A stretch of DNA of 42,667 nucleotides from Flavobacteriales bacterium (lineage in GTDB: Bacteria > Bacteroidota > Bacteroidia > Flavobacteriales_F > PHOS-HE28), in NCBI GenBank assembly GCA_016788405.1, contig JAEUSX010000122.1:1-42667 (forward strand). Direction: 5' to 3'. A program made the translations under genes and the position numbers. The notes under the pieces are model-generated. The model searched no databases, had not been told where the DNA came from, and saw only the letters and a program-made list of their open reading frames with translations. Each line of letters opens with the position of its first letter. The stretch's first letter is position 1. Of the stretch, positions 17,618 through 26,875 are shown one piece after another.

Positions 17618-18530
17618 GCAATACGACCCAGAGGACATCGAGAGCCTGCTGCAGGAGCGCGGCTATGATGAGCTGCTGGAAGAGGAACGCGCTTTCGTGC
17701 TGCGCCACTTGAGCGGCCGTGAAGAGTACGAGGCGATGCGCACGCTGTTGCGCGACGTGCGCGAGAGTGACCGGAACCGTCAGCCCATTGCCGCCGATCC
17801 GGAGTTGCGCGAGGATCTCTTGACCCTCTTCCGCGACCACCGTCAGCCACCGCAATGGCGCGTCTGGCTCAACAGCCTCGGTGGCCTGCTGATGCCCGGC
17901 GAGTCGAAGGCATCGGGCATCTGGCGACCGGTGCTGGCGCTCGGGGGGCTCGCGCTGGTCATCACGGCGGGCATCTGGATAGCTCATGAAACAGGACGAG
18001 GGACGAATGAACTGGCTGAGCTTCAACCCAAGAAGGAATCAGCGAAAGCCGCGGCTTCGGAGGAATCGATTGATCCATTGGTGAACACGGATACGGCTCG
18101 GTTATTCGCGGCAACAGCAACCCGGAACGAGGACACTGAACAAGCACAGGGGCGAACCGCCGACATTCAGGAAGGACTGAACGATGCTCAAGAGCCCCTG
18201 ACCAAGAAACTTGAATCGGCGGCGATATCACGTGAGGACGAGTTGGCAGAGGAAGCCGTTGAAGACGCGGAGCCCCTCGCGGCGGCGTCATCAGCTTGGA
18301 GTGACAGTGCCGTCTCGGCCAATTCCGTCGATGCGATCACGGCCTCAGGCGCGGCGCCCATGAGCGGAAGCTCTCACACGGTGACCGCGACCGAACTGGC
18401 GGTTAATCAGAGTGTGGCGAACGCCTCCGGCAGCGTAGTGGTGTCGCCTGCGGCAAAGGCGCTCATCGGCTCCTCAACCTTGCTCGCTTCAGCACGAGAG
18501 GTGATTCCCATGCTCGCCACGGGCTGGTGA
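17604..18530 (+). CDS. Putative anti-sigma factor: cytoplasmic helical N-domain, one TM, acidic then Ala/Ser-rich extracytoplasmic tail
   Basis: Overlaps the sigma stop. N-terminal domain MERREQYDPEDIESLL...ERAFVLRHLSGREEYEAMRTLL. TM helix WRPVLALGGLALVITAGIWIA. The rest is low-complexity. Function is inferred from position and topology. Confidence 0.55.
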   Translation: MERREQYDPEDIESLLQERGYDELLEEERAFVLRHLSGREEYEAMRTLLRDVRESDRNRQPIAADPELREDLLTLFRDHRQPPQWRVWLNSLGGLLMPGESKASGIWRPVLALGGLALVITAGIWIAHETGRGTNELAELQPKKESAKAAASEESIDPLVNTDTARLFAATATRNEDTEQAQGRTADIQEGLNDAQEPLTKKLESAAISREDELAEEAVEDAEPLAAASSAWSDSAVSANSVDAITASGAAPMSGSSHTVTATELAVNQSVANASGSVVVSPAAKALIGSSTLLASAREVIPMLATGW

Positions 18531-18563
18531 GCTGCTTCACAGCGAATCAAGCCGCTAACTGGA

Positions 18564-20120
18564 TCACTTCGCCACCGCCACGGAGCGCTTTTCCCGGATC
18601 ACAGTAATCTTCACCTGACCGGGGTAGGTCATTTCCTTCATGATGCGGTCCGCGAGGCTCATGCTGATCTCATCGCTCTGCTGGTCGGAGATCTTCTCGC
18701 TTTCCACCATCACGCGCAATTCGCGTCCGGCCTGGATGGCGAACGCCTTCGTCACGCCCTGGTAGCTCATCGCCAGGCCTTCGAGGTCCTTAAGACGCTG
18801 GATGTAGGCTTCAACCGCCTCGCGGCGCGCTCCTGGCCGGGCGCCGCTGATCGCATCACAAGCCTGGATGATCGGGGAGAGCAAGGTGGTCATCTCGATC
18901 TCGTCATGGTGCGCTCCGATCGCATTGCACACGTCGGGCTTCTCACCATACTTCTCGGCCAGCTTCATGCCGAGGAGCGCGTGCGGCAGCTCTGGCTCAT
19001 CGTCCGGCACCTTGCCAATGTCGTGGAGCAGGCCAGCGCGCTTCGCGGCCTTGGGGTTCAAGCCCAGTTCAGCGGCCATGATGGCGCTGAGGTTGGCCGT
19101 TTCGCGGCTGTGCATGAGCAGGTTCTGCCCATAGCTGCTGCGGTACTTCATGCGGCCCACCATCCGGATCAACTCGTTGTGCAGGCCATGGATGCCGAGG
19201 TCGATGCACGTGCGCTTTCCCACCTCCATGATCTCCTCCTCGAGATGCTTCTTCGTCTTCGAGACGATCTCTTCGATCCGCGCGGGGTGGATGCGTCCAT
19301 CCTTCACCAATTGGTGCAGCGCGAGTCGGGCCACTTCGCGACGCACGGCATCGAAGCAACTGAGTATGATGGCCCCGGGCGTATCGTCAACGATGATCTC
19401 CACTCCGGTCAACTCCTCGAGCGTCCGGATGTTCCGGCCTTCTCGGCCGATCACGCGGCCTTTTACATCATCATTCTCGATGTGGAAGACGCTCACGCTG
19501 TTCTCGATGGCGTGCTCCGTGGCCACGCGCTGTATCGTCTGAATAACGATTCGCTTGGCCTCCTTGTTCGCGTTCACCTTGGCCTCCTCCTGCACCTCCT
19601 TGATGTGCGCCATGGCAGCCGTTCGGGCCTCATCCCTTAGGCTATCGACCAGTTGCTTCTTCGCTTCCTCCGCATTCAAGCCGCTGATGTTCTCCAACAG
19701 CGCGACCTGCTTCGAATGGAGCTTCTCCGACTCCTCCCGCCGGCGTTCAAGACCGGCCATCTTCTGATCGAGCTCCGCTTTCAGCCGGTCGTTGTTCTTC
19801 TCCTTGTTGGCCAGCTCCTGTTGCTGCCTGCTGAGCAGTTGTTCACGCTGCTTGGCCTTCTCCTGGGCCTGCTGCACATTCCGCTCTCGCTCACGCACCT
19901 CCTTCTCATGCTGTTCCTTCAACTGGAGGAATTTCTCCTTGGCTTGAAGGACCTTCTCCTTCTTGAGCGCTTCTCCTTCGGCTTCCGCCTCCTTCAAGAC
20001 AGCCTCCCGTCTCTTCTTCGACAGGCTGTTGAGCGCGATGAAGATGATGACGCCTCCGACGACCAGGCCGGCAAGCGCGCCGATCAGGATACTGACGATA
20101 TCGATGTTCATGGGGTCCAT
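18564..20120 (-). CDS. rny: Ribonuclease Y
   Basis: N-terminal TM helix, long Lys/Glu coiled coil, KH domain ([28 protein letters not shown]) and HD domain (LLHDIGK...GAHHDE). ATG candidates lie at 20120 and 20111. The ORF-track start at 20144 is a GTG. Confidence 0.93.
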   Translation of the reverse strand: MDPMNIDIVSILIGALAGLVVGGVIIFIALNSLSKKRREAVLKEAEAEGEALKKEKVLQAKEKFLQLKEQHEKEVRERERNVQQAQEKAKQREQLLSRQQQELANKEKNNDRLKAELDQKMAGLERRREESEKLHSKQVALLENISGLNAEEAKKQLVDSLRDEARTAAMAHIKEVQEEAKVNANKEAKRIVIQTIQRVATEHAIENSVSVFHIENDDVKGRVIGREGRNIRTLEELTGVEIIVDDTPGAIILSCFDAVRREVARLALHQLVKDGRIHPARIEEIVSKTKKHLEEEIMEVGKRTCIDLGIHGLHNELIRMVGRMKYRSSYGQNLLMHSRETANLSAIMAAELGLNPKAAKRAGLLHDIGKVPDDEPELPHALLGMKLAEKYGEKPDVCNAIGAHHDEIEMTTLLSPIIQACDAISGARPGARREAVEAYIQRLKDLEGLAMSYQGVTKAFAIQAGRELRVMVESEKISDQQSDEISMSLADRIMKEMTYPGQVKITVIREKRSVAVAK

Positions 20121-20169
20121 GTTTTTATGGACCACGCAGGCCACCGGCGGGCCGGGGAGCGAAAGGGCG

Positions 20170-20457
20170 TCAGGTACGGGGATCGCCGAGCATCCGTTCC
20201 ATCTCCTCCACGAGCGCAGCCGCTTCGGCCTGCTGTTTCGGAGCGTTGCTGTTCAGTGCGCGCACGGTTACTTCCAATGCGGCCATGGCCAGCAGGTCCT
20301 GCTTGTCGGTGAGGGGGTAACCCGCCTTCAAGCGGTCGATGCTCTCATTGATCTCATCCGCAGCTCTCCGCACGTAGGTCTCTTCCGCTTGCTGAATGGT
20401 CAGCGGATAGGCACGCCCGGCGAGTTCGACGCTGATTGAACGGTCTTCCATGCTCAT
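20170..20457 (-). CDS. zapA: Cell division protein ZapA
   Basis: [37 protein letters not shown]...[10 protein letters not shown] fits the ZapA family pattern and size. It has the typical Bacteroidota position directly upstream of rny. Confidence 0.8.
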   Translation of the reverse strand: MSMEDRSISVELAGRAYPLTIQQAEETYVRRAADEINESIDRLKAGYPLTDKQDLLAMAALEVTVRALNSNAPKQQAEAAALVEEMERMLGDPRT

Positions 20458-20466
20458 GGCTGACGC

Positions 20467-20751
20467 TTAGTTCTGGACCAACTCCAGACAGCGGTCAATC
20501 TCTTGAACCAGTTCATCGATCCGTTCTTTCGCTCCCGGAACAGCCGCTTCGTGGGCGGCTTTGGCGCTCCGGAGGACCTCGTTCTCCCTTTCCAGCTCAT
20601 TCACGCGCTCTTGCAGCACTTCGCCTTTACGCAACTGCTCGCGGCTGCTGTGCTCAAGCGTGGCCACCCGGTCCTGCAGGGCCTTGTGCTCCTTCAGCAA
20701 GGATGACACGCGGTCCTTGAGATGTGCCAGGCGGTCGATGAGCGTTTGCAT
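20467..20751 (-). CDS. Small coiled-coil protein (ZapB-like position upstream of zapA)
   Basis: From ATG 20751 (MQTLIDRLAHLKDRV...) the product is essentially one heptad-rich helix (LKEHKALQDRVATLE...VNELERENEVLR). Function is not established. Confidence 0.6.
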   Translation of the reverse strand: MQTLIDRLAHLKDRVSSLLKEHKALQDRVATLEHSSREQLRKGEVLQERVNELERENEVLRSAKAAHEAAVPGAKERIDELVQEIDRCLELVQN

Positions 20752-20889
20752 GTGCGGGTCAGGGGTGAACGTTTTCGTGGTCCGGGCCGAAGATAGCCGC
20801 ACCCACAGACCATGAAGCCGCTTTGTTTGAACCTCACGCTGTTAGCCATTCCGGCACATCACCGACCGAGTTCGGCTTGTTGTTGGAGA

Positions 20890-20897
20890 TAGACTTG
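20890..20897 (+). promoter_or_regulatory. Near-consensus -7 box TAGACTTG upstream of the M23 peptidase gene
   Basis: One mismatch to TAnnTTTG, 43 nt upstream of ATG 20940, in a locally AT-richer divergent intergenic region. Confidence 0.35.
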
Positions 20898-20939
20898 CGA
20901 CTCGTAGCCAACCACATCTCGTTCAGGGAATCAAATAAC

Positions 20940-22670
20940 ATGAGGCATCCCCTTCAGATCAGACTAATCAACACATTGTTATTCAGTGCATTATCGATGC
21001 ATCCAGGTCTCGCCCAATCGGGAGCCAGCGGCCTCGGATTCATTGCTCCGATGGATATCCCTTTGGAACTGGCCGGCAACTTCATGGAGCCGCGGGCGAA
21101 CCATTTTCATGCGGGTCTCGACCTCCGGACCCAAGGACGTGAGGGCATTCCCGTGCGCGCCGTAGCCGATGGATGGGTGAGCCGGATCAAGATCAGCCCC
21201 TACGGCTACGGAAAAGCCGTGTACATCGATCACCCGAATGGGTACACGACGGTCTATGGACACCTGCAACAGCTCAGCGGCACGGTTGGGGAGGCCTGCG
21301 TTGACCAGCAATACCGGTTGAAGGACTTCAGCATCGATTGGACCTTGGAAAAAGGCGCTATCCCGCTGAAGCAAGGGGAAATCTTCGCGCTCAGCGGTAA
21401 TACGGGAGGGAGCGGCGGGCCGCATCTGCACTTCGAGGTGCGACGCACGAAGGATCAGGTCGCTTTGGACCCCGAAACCTTCGGCATAGCGGTTCCGGAC
21501 AACAAGCCTCCAGAGATCCTGGGCGTGCGCCTTTACCCCCTTGCCGACTCCAGCCGCGTTCCTCCCTACCCTGCGAAGGCCGCTGGATTCGCCACTGAAG
21601 GCATCAACGGCTTCTATCAGCTGAAAGGCGGAATCGCCTTGAACGCCTACGGCACCGTTGGCCTTGCGGTGCACGTCATCGACCGCTACAATGCTAACGG
21701 CGCCAAATGCGGGCCCCGGTCCATCGAGCTATTCGTGGACAGCGTGTCCGTCTTCAGCTCGAGTTTCGAGGAACTCGTCTTTGATGTGAACCGCTATTGC
21801 AATGCCCACATGGACTACGGTCAATTCAAGAGCAACAAGCTCGAATACCATCGGTGCTACCGGCTCCCGCACAACAAACTGAGGATCTACGGGAAGGAGG
21901 CTGTCATGGGGCGGATCGTACTGGAGCCTGGGCAAGAGCGCCGCGTATGGCTGAAGGTGACCGACGCCCACGGGAACACGAGCCACCTGCGCTTCACGCT
22001 GCATGGAGCGAGTCCATCGGAAGCGAACGCTTGGCCGATGCAGCGGCCCGAGGGCAGCTTGTTCCGATACGACGCGGCCAACTCGATCCACGAGCAGGAT
22101 GTGCGCTTTGAACTGCCCGCCATGGCGCTCTACGATGATGCATTCGTGCAATACGCCCGCAGGCCAGCGGCTGGTCGGGCGATCAAGCATCTTCATGCCA
22201 TCGGCGACCCTTTGGTGCCCATGCACAGCCCGGCGGAGCTGAGCATCGTATACAGCGGCCCAAGTCCCGAAAAGGCCGTTGTAGTGAGCATGGATCCAGA
22301 CGGCAGCGTTGGCGCTTCGCATGGAGGCAAGTTCGACGGGGGGTGGGTCACCGCTTCGGTGAAATCCTTCGGCACCTACACCGTGATGCTGGATACGGTG
22401 CCCCCATCGATCTCGAATTCGGACATGCGCTCGAGCATGATCGGGCAGAAGAGCTTCACCTTGCGAATCGCTGACGATCTGAGCGGCATCAGCGCATGGC
22501 GCGGCACGCTCAACGGGGAATGGATACTGATGGAATACGACCCGAAGACGAAATCACTCACCCATGTGTTCGACAAGCAGACCTCAGGGGCGGGGCGTAA
22601 GGACTTCAGGTTGACGGTGACGGACGAGATGGGGAACGCATCCACCTATGCGCACGTGTTCAACCGATGA
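20940..22670 (+). CDS. M23 family (LytM-type) metallopeptidase with long C-terminal extension
   Basis: Signal peptide (MRHPLQIRLINTLLFSALSMHPGLAQ). HFHAGLDL (HxxxD), YGHL and GPHLHFEV (HxH) zinc-site motifs, followed by about 400 aa of beta-rich sequence. Confidence 0.88.
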   Translation: MRHPLQIRLINTLLFSALSMHPGLAQSGASGLGFIAPMDIPLELAGNFMEPRANHFHAGLDLRTQGREGIPVRAVADGWVSRIKISPYGYGKAVYIDHPNGYTTVYGHLQQLSGTVGEACVDQQYRLKDFSIDWTLEKGAIPLKQGEIFALSGNTGGSGGPHLHFEVRRTKDQVALDPETFGIAVPDNKPPEILGVRLYPLADSSRVPPYPAKAAGFATEGINGFYQLKGGIALNAYGTVGLAVHVIDRYNANGAKCGPRSIELFVDSVSVFSSSFEELVFDVNRYCNAHMDYGQFKSNKLEYHRCYRLPHNKLRIYGKEAVMGRIVLEPGQERRVWLKVTDAHGNTSHLRFTLHGASPSEANAWPMQRPEGSLFRYDAANSIHEQDVRFELPAMALYDDAFVQYARRPAAGRAIKHLHAIGDPLVPMHSPAELSIVYSGPSPEKAVVVSMDPDGSVGASHGGKFDGGWVTASVKSFGTYTVMLDTVPPSISNSDMRSSMIGQKSFTLRIADDLSGISAWRGTLNGEWILMEYDPKTKSLTHVFDKQTSGAGRKDFRLTVTDEMGNASTYAHVFNR

Positions 22671-22701
22671 GTCCAGCGTGAACCGATCCGCTTCAACGTT
22701 C

Positions 22702-23322
22702 ATGATTCCGCGCCGAACGCTCAGCTTCCTCCTCGGGTCCACGCTTTCCGCGATAGCCCTGCCGCAAGATCAGCCGACGCAGGCTTTGGAAGATGGCGAC
22801 CTGCTCTTCCAGCATATCGGCGGCGAGCAAGGCCATGCGATCGAGCTGGCAACGAACAGCCATTGGACGCATGTCGGCATCGCCTTGCAGGAGGAGGGGA
22901 AGTGGTTCGTGGTCGAGGCCGTTGGACCTGTGAAGCGGACATCCCTTCCCGAATGGATCGAACAAGGCGAAGGGCATTATGCTGTGAAGCGACTCGTGAG
23001 GAATGAAGGGAGCTTCACGGCGAGTGAAGTCGAGCGAATCCGCCGGGCTGCTGAGCGATATGCCGGTGCAGCATACGACTTCGAATTCCGTTGGACCGAC
23101 GACCAGATCTATTGCTCGGAGCTCGTCTGGAAAGTCTACGAGGGCGCGTTGGGCGTCCGGTTGTGCGAACCCAAACCGATGCGCGCCTTCCAGCTCAGCG
23201 ATCCAGCCGTGCGCCGCATGATACGTGAGCGATACGGCGATGCCCCGCCTTTGGACGAACCGATGCTGGCACCCTCTACCCTCTTCGAATGTCCGTTGCT
23301 CCGCTTGGTGGACGAGCAATGA
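22702..23322 (+). CDS. YiiX-like permuted papain / NlpC-P60-fold hydrolase
   Basis: Signal peptide MIPRRTLSFLLGSTLSAIALPQ. GDLLFQ...SHWTHVGIAL...YDFEFRWTDDQIYCSELVWKVY shows the permuted His...Cys arrangement typical of the YiiX/DUF830 family. Confidence 0.75.
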   Translation: MIPRRTLSFLLGSTLSAIALPQDQPTQALEDGDLLFQHIGGEQGHAIELATNSHWTHVGIALQEEGKWFVVEAVGPVKRTSLPEWIEQGEGHYAVKRLVRNEGSFTASEVERIRRAAERYAGAAYDFEFRWTDDQIYCSELVWKVYEGALGVRLCEPKPMRAFQLSDPAVRRMIRERYGDAPPLDEPMLAPSTLFECPLLRLVDEQ

Positions 23323-23346
23323 AGCTGCAACCCCTTACTTAGGCGC

Positions 23347-24147
23347 ATGCGGGTCGTCCTGTTCGCCTGGGTGTCGTTGGTTGCTTGCGCCCCACCCGAT
23401 CCAGGCTCGGCTCGGATCATTGGCCACGGTGGCTCGGGCGCTGCCGCGGACGCTCCGATGAATAGCCAGGAAAGCCTGCTGGGCGCGCTGCGACTCGGAA
23501 TCGACGGCATAGAGCTCGATGCGCAATTGACCGCTGATAGCGTGCTGGTCGCCTTTCACGCGCTGCGGCTCGAAGATGGAACGGGATGCACGGGGATGAT
23601 GAACTCGCGAACCTGGGCGGAACTCGGCAACTGCGGGCTCTCATCCGCCGGAGCCTCGCTCCCCTTGGTACGAGTGGACAGCCTACTGATTCGCGCCATC
23701 GCGGCTTATCCGACGGCCGAGTTCACCTTGGATTGCAAACTCCTTACGGAGGGCGACTGGTGGCAGTATCTCCAGGCATTCTCAGACGCGGTCCTTGAAC
23801 TGGACGACCATCCCGCTTTGCATGGTCGAATCCTGGTGGAATGCCAGTCGTTGGATTTCCTGAGGCTGCTGGGCCTGAAACAGAAGGGATTCCCGACCTT
23901 CTACTATGCCACGGAATTCGACGGCTCGATCGACCTTGCCCGTAGCGCCGATTGCGCGGGAATCACCATGATGCATGATCGACTCGATCAGGACCAAGCC
24001 GAGCGCATACGCTCCGCTGGACTTTCGCTCACGCTGTTCGGCACAAGCAGCGAGTGGAGCCATCGGCACGCCTTCAGCTTGAGGCCTGACCGCTTGCAAA
24101 CCGACCTGCCTGCTTATGCGAAGGGTCTTCGCCGAAGCGCGCACTGA
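23347..24147 (+). CDS. Glycerophosphodiester phosphodiesterase (GDPD) family lipoprotein
   Basis: Lipobox LVAC. IIGHGG...NSQESLLGALRLGIDGIELDAQLTADSVLVAFHA is the GDPD N-terminal catalytic signature (HR/HG...E.D). Confidence 0.75.
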   Translation: MRVVLFAWVSLVACAPPDPGSARIIGHGGSGAAADAPMNSQESLLGALRLGIDGIELDAQLTADSVLVAFHALRLEDGTGCTGMMNSRTWAELGNCGLSSAGASLPLVRVDSLLIRAIAAYPTAEFTLDCKLLTEGDWWQYLQAFSDAVLELDDHPALHGRILVECQSLDFLRLLGLKQKGFPTFYYATEFDGSIDLARSADCAGITMMHDRLDQDQAERIRSAGLSLTLFGTSSEWSHRHAFSLRPDRLQTDLPAYAKGLRRSAH

Positions 24148-24170
24148 CCATCTCGCTCACACGCCGCGAG

Positions 24171-24178
24171 TATCTTCG
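24171..24178 (+). promoter_or_regulatory. Near-consensus -7 box TATCTTCG upstream of tRNA-Arg
   Basis: One mismatch to TAnnTTTG. It ends 10 nt before the mature tRNA 5' end at 24188. Confidence 0.35.
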
Positions 24179-24187
24179 CCGCCGCAA

Positions 24188-24261
24188 GGCCCCGTAGTTC
24201 AATTGGATAGAATGACAGATTCCGGTTCTGTTGGTTGCAGGTTCGAGTCCTGCCGGGGTCA
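24188..24261 (+). tRNA. tRNA-Arg (anticodon CCG)
   Basis: GGCCCCGTAGTTCAATTGGATAGAATGACAGATTCCGGTTCTGTTGGTTGCAGGTTCGAGTCCTGCCGGGGTCA. 7-bp acceptor stem, anticodon loop TTCCGGT and a GGTTCGAGTCC T-loop. Confidence 0.92.
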
Positions 24262-24411
24262 CTAGAAAAGGGAAATCGCAACCGAGCATCGCTGGTCGGA
24301 GGTGCAGACCAACCTCCTTCCTCCGGCAGCGTAGAAGCCAGGCTGATGGCCCCATCGCTCGACGCCCATAGCCTATCGGGACCAACGACGAGACCACTTG
24401 TTAAAAAGCGT

Positions 24412-25149
24412 GTGCTCACGGTTTCAATCACCGTGGGCGGCTTCGGTCAGCAGGTGCAGGCCATGATCGACCTCGCGAAGGCGCGCGTTGGAGCATATGT
24501 GTGCTGCGTCAACGCGCACATGACCGTGGAGGCTAGGGATCCGGATTTCGCGGAGGTGGTGAATCAGGCTGACCTTGCCACCCCCGATGGCATGCCTGTG
24601 CTGATGGCGTTGCGCCGGTTCCACCGCTCGGCCCAGGAGCGCGTCGCTGGGAATGATCTGATGCCCGCGCTTCTTCAGCGTTGCGCCGAAGAGGGAATTA
24701 GCGTGTACCTGTACGGCGGAGACCAGGATACGCAAGCCCTGATTCAGGAACGAGCGCGCCGGTTGCATCCTTCCATCAGCTTCGCCGGTGGTCATTGCCC
24801 GCCTTACGGACCGTTGGCCGCCTTGGACTTGGACAAGGAAGCGGAGCGACTCAATCATTCCGGCGCCGGGCTGGTCATGGTCTCTCTTGGTTGCCCGAAG
24901 CAAGAACGATTCATGGCCATGATGCGACCTCGGGTGAATGCCACTATGATCGGTCTCGGAGGCGCCTTCCTGCTCTATGCAGGAATCGACAAGCGGGCGC
25001 CGAAATGGATGCGCGACCTCTCCTTGGAGTGGCTCTTCCGTTTGGCCTTGGAGCCGAGGCGTCTTTGGAGGCGCTATTTCGTGACGAACTCACTTTTCCT
25101 CTGGCTCTTGTTCAAGCACGCCATTGGCAAACATCCCGGTACCACCTGA
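24412..25149 (+). CDS. WecB/TagA/CpsF family glycosyltransferase (N-acetylmannosaminyltransferase-like)
   Basis: YVCCVNAHMTVEA...ADLATPDGMPVLMAL...GCPKQERFMA...WLFRL..EPRRLWRRY are family motifs. The start is uncertain: GTG 24412 gives the usual ~245 aa, and ATG 24346 is the alternative. The ORF-track start at 24235 overlaps the tRNA. Confidence 0.82.
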   Translation: MLTVSITVGGFGQQVQAMIDLAKARVGAYVCCVNAHMTVEARDPDFAEVVNQADLATPDGMPVLMALRRFHRSAQERVAGNDLMPALLQRCAEEGISVYLYGGDQDTQALIQERARRLHPSISFAGGHCPPYGPLAALDLDKEAERLNHSGAGLVMVSLGCPKQERFMAMMRPRVNATMIGLGGAFLLYAGIDKRAPKWMRDLSLEWLFRLALEPRRLWRRYFVTNSLFLWLLFKHAIGKHPGTT

Positions 25150-25277
25150 AAACTCAGTGGACCACCGCGGGCGCAGTTTCACCAATGTTTGAGGCCCTAT
25201 ATCGAGCGCCCAAGCCTCAGAAGTCGACGAATGATAAAAAAATGTCGACCAACTTGACACTTTCCTGACGAGGGGCC

Positions 25278-25285
25278 TAGATTTG
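25278..25285 (+). promoter_or_regulatory. -7 promoter box TAGATTTG with upstream TTGAC
   Basis: Perfect TAnnTTTG in the only markedly AT-rich patch of this intergenic region. A TTG lies at 25254 (24 nt upstream). The box sits 57 nt upstream of ATG 25342. Confidence 0.55.
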
Positions 25286-25341
25286 CCCACTCCTTCTGAC
25301 CGACCGCCCACCAGCCCCATCTAAAGACGAGCACAGAGCGC

Positions 25342-26475
25342 ATGGAGCGGATCAGTACCCCGAATAATGGCGGAATCAAAGGAAGCGGCGACCTGGCGCA
25401 AGAGCTTGGTTCCATGCTGCGCTCGCGCAAGCGGTCCTTGAATCAGGTCCAATCAGGGTTGAATAAGGTTCTCTCCTTCGAGCCGCTCACCTCGGTTAAG
25501 GACCTGGTAATCGTCGGTGACAGCCCCGCTGCAGAGGAGATTTTCAGGTATTGCGAGGACCAGACCGTCCGTGGGTACCGTTTCCGAGGCGTATTCACCG
25601 ACGAACCGCTGACGGGAGCGCTTGCGAAGCAGCGCGTGGGTGATGTCGAGGCTGTGCGCGCCTTCGTCGTCCAGAACAAGATTGACATCCTCTATTGCGC
25701 GCTGCCCGGCACGCGCAAGCAGGAGATCACCGAACTCATGGAGTTCTGTGAGCGCAACACGATCCGGTTCCGGGTCATTCCAAGCGCCGATAGCTTCATC
25801 CCCGTCGTGAAGACCTCGGATCTGGAGTTCCACGGCTCGGTGCCTGTGAGCAAGTTGCGCAAGGAACCTTTGGATCGCGCTGTCAATCGCCGCTTGAAGC
25901 GGGCATTCGACATCCTCTTCTCGGCGTCCGTCATCCTGTTCGTCTTCACGTGGCTTTTCCCTTTGCTGGCGATACTGATCAAGCTCTCGAGCCGTGGGCC
26001 GGTGCTCTTCAAGCAGATGCGGCTTGGCCGGGATAATCAGGAGTTCGTGTGCTGGAAATTCCGGAGCATGCGCATGAACAAAGAGGCGGATTCCAAACAG
26101 GCCACCAAGGACGACCCCCGGGTCACCGGTATCGGCCGGTTCTTGCGCCGCAGCAATCTGGATGAGATGCCTCAGTTCATCAACGTCCTGCTCGGCCACA
26201 TGAGCGTGGTGGGTCCTCGTCCGCATCCGTTGCGGCTCAACGAGCAGTACCGAGACATCATCGACAAGTACATGGTGCGGCACTTCGTTCGGCCGGGCAT
26301 AACCGGCTGGGCCCAGGTCAACGGCCTGCGTGGCGAGACTCGCACCCCGGAGCTCATGGAGCGCCGCGTGGAGCTGGATGTGTGGTACTTGGAGAACTGG
26401 TCCTTCTGGCTCGATCTGAGAATCGTGGTCAAGACCGTGACCAATATGTTCGGCAGGGACGAGATGGCCTATTGA
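25342..26475 (+). CDS. Polyprenyl-phosphate glycosyl-1-phosphate transferase (WbaP/WcaJ-type sugar transferase), short form
   Basis: KRAFDILFSASVILFVFTWLFPLLAILIKLSSRGPVLFKQMRLG..FVCWKFRSM, DEMPQFINVLLGHMSVVGPRPH, RPGITGWAQVNG. It has a Rossmann-like central domain (LVIVGDSPAAEE) but no N-terminal multi-TM block. Confidence 0.88.
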   Translation: MERISTPNNGGIKGSGDLAQELGSMLRSRKRSLNQVQSGLNKVLSFEPLTSVKDLVIVGDSPAAEEIFRYCEDQTVRGYRFRGVFTDEPLTGALAKQRVGDVEAVRAFVVQNKIDILYCALPGTRKQEITELMEFCERNTIRFRVIPSADSFIPVVKTSDLEFHGSVPVSKLRKEPLDRAVNRRLKRAFDILFSASVILFVFTWLFPLLAILIKLSSRGPVLFKQMRLGRDNQEFVCWKFRSMRMNKEADSKQATKDDPRVTGIGRFLRRSNLDEMPQFINVLLGHMSVVGPRPHPLRLNEQYRDIIDKYMVRHFVRPGITGWAQVNGLRGETRTPELMERRVELDVWYLENWSFWLDLRIVVKTVTNMFGRDEMAY

Positions 26476-26526
26476 GTCCCTCTCCTAATTCTGCGTCCCA
26501 GAGACTGCTTCATTCAATCAGGCGCC

Positions 26527-26534
26527 TATATTTG
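26527..26534 (+). promoter_or_regulatory. -7 promoter box TATATTTG for rpsT
   Basis: Perfect TAnnTTTG, 29 nt upstream of ATG 26563. Confidence 0.6.
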
Positions 26535-26562
26535 CCGCCCATTTCCACGGAAGACCAGAGCA

Positions 26563-26817
26563 ATGGCCAACCACAAGTCCGCACTGAAGCGTGTCCGGCA
26601 GACCGAGACTCGCAATACCCGCAACCGCTATCAGCACAAGACCACCCGGAACGCGGTGCGCACCTTGCGAGATACGAAGGAGAAGGCCGCCGCCGAGAAG
26701 CTCCTTCCCGAAGTGACGGCCATGCTGGATAAACTGGCCAAGCGGAACATCATCCATAAGAACAAGGCTGCGAACCTCAAATCGTCCGTCAAGAAGCACG
26801 TGAACGGCTTGAAGTAA
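26563..26817 (+). CDS. rpsT: 30S ribosomal protein S20
   Basis: [33 protein letters not shown]... is the canonical S20 N-terminus. The product is 84 aa and basic. Confidence 0.95.
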   Translation: MANHKSALKRVRQTETRNTRNRYQHKTTRNAVRTLRDTKEKAAAEKLLPEVTAMLDKLAKRNIIHKNKAANLKSSVKKHVNGLK

Positions 26818-26836
26818 GCCTTGGCTGCCTACTTTG

Positions 26837-26870
26837 GACAGGTCCTCGCATGCGGGGACCTGTTCGTTTG
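26837..26870 (+). terminator. Stem-loop after rpsT (9-bp stem, weak T tract)
   Basis: GACAGGTCC-tcgcatgcgg-GGACCTGTT followed by CGTTTG. Located between the rpsT stop and the radC ATG at 26876. Confidence 0.45.
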
Positions 26871-26875
26871 AGCAC

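Noticed and set aside
19560-20050. Repetitive CTCCTT/CTTCTT-rich DNA that might look like a tandem repeat
   Set aside because: It is the reverse strand of the Lys/Glu-rich coiled-coil region of RNase Y (…[32 protein letters not shown]…). This is coding low complexity, not a repeat element.
24188-24420. tRNA-Arg as an integration site for a genomic island carrying the glycan genes
   Set aside because: I found no integrase, no direct repeat of the tRNA 3' end, and no visible compositional shift downstream. rpsT, radC and upp follow in the same block.
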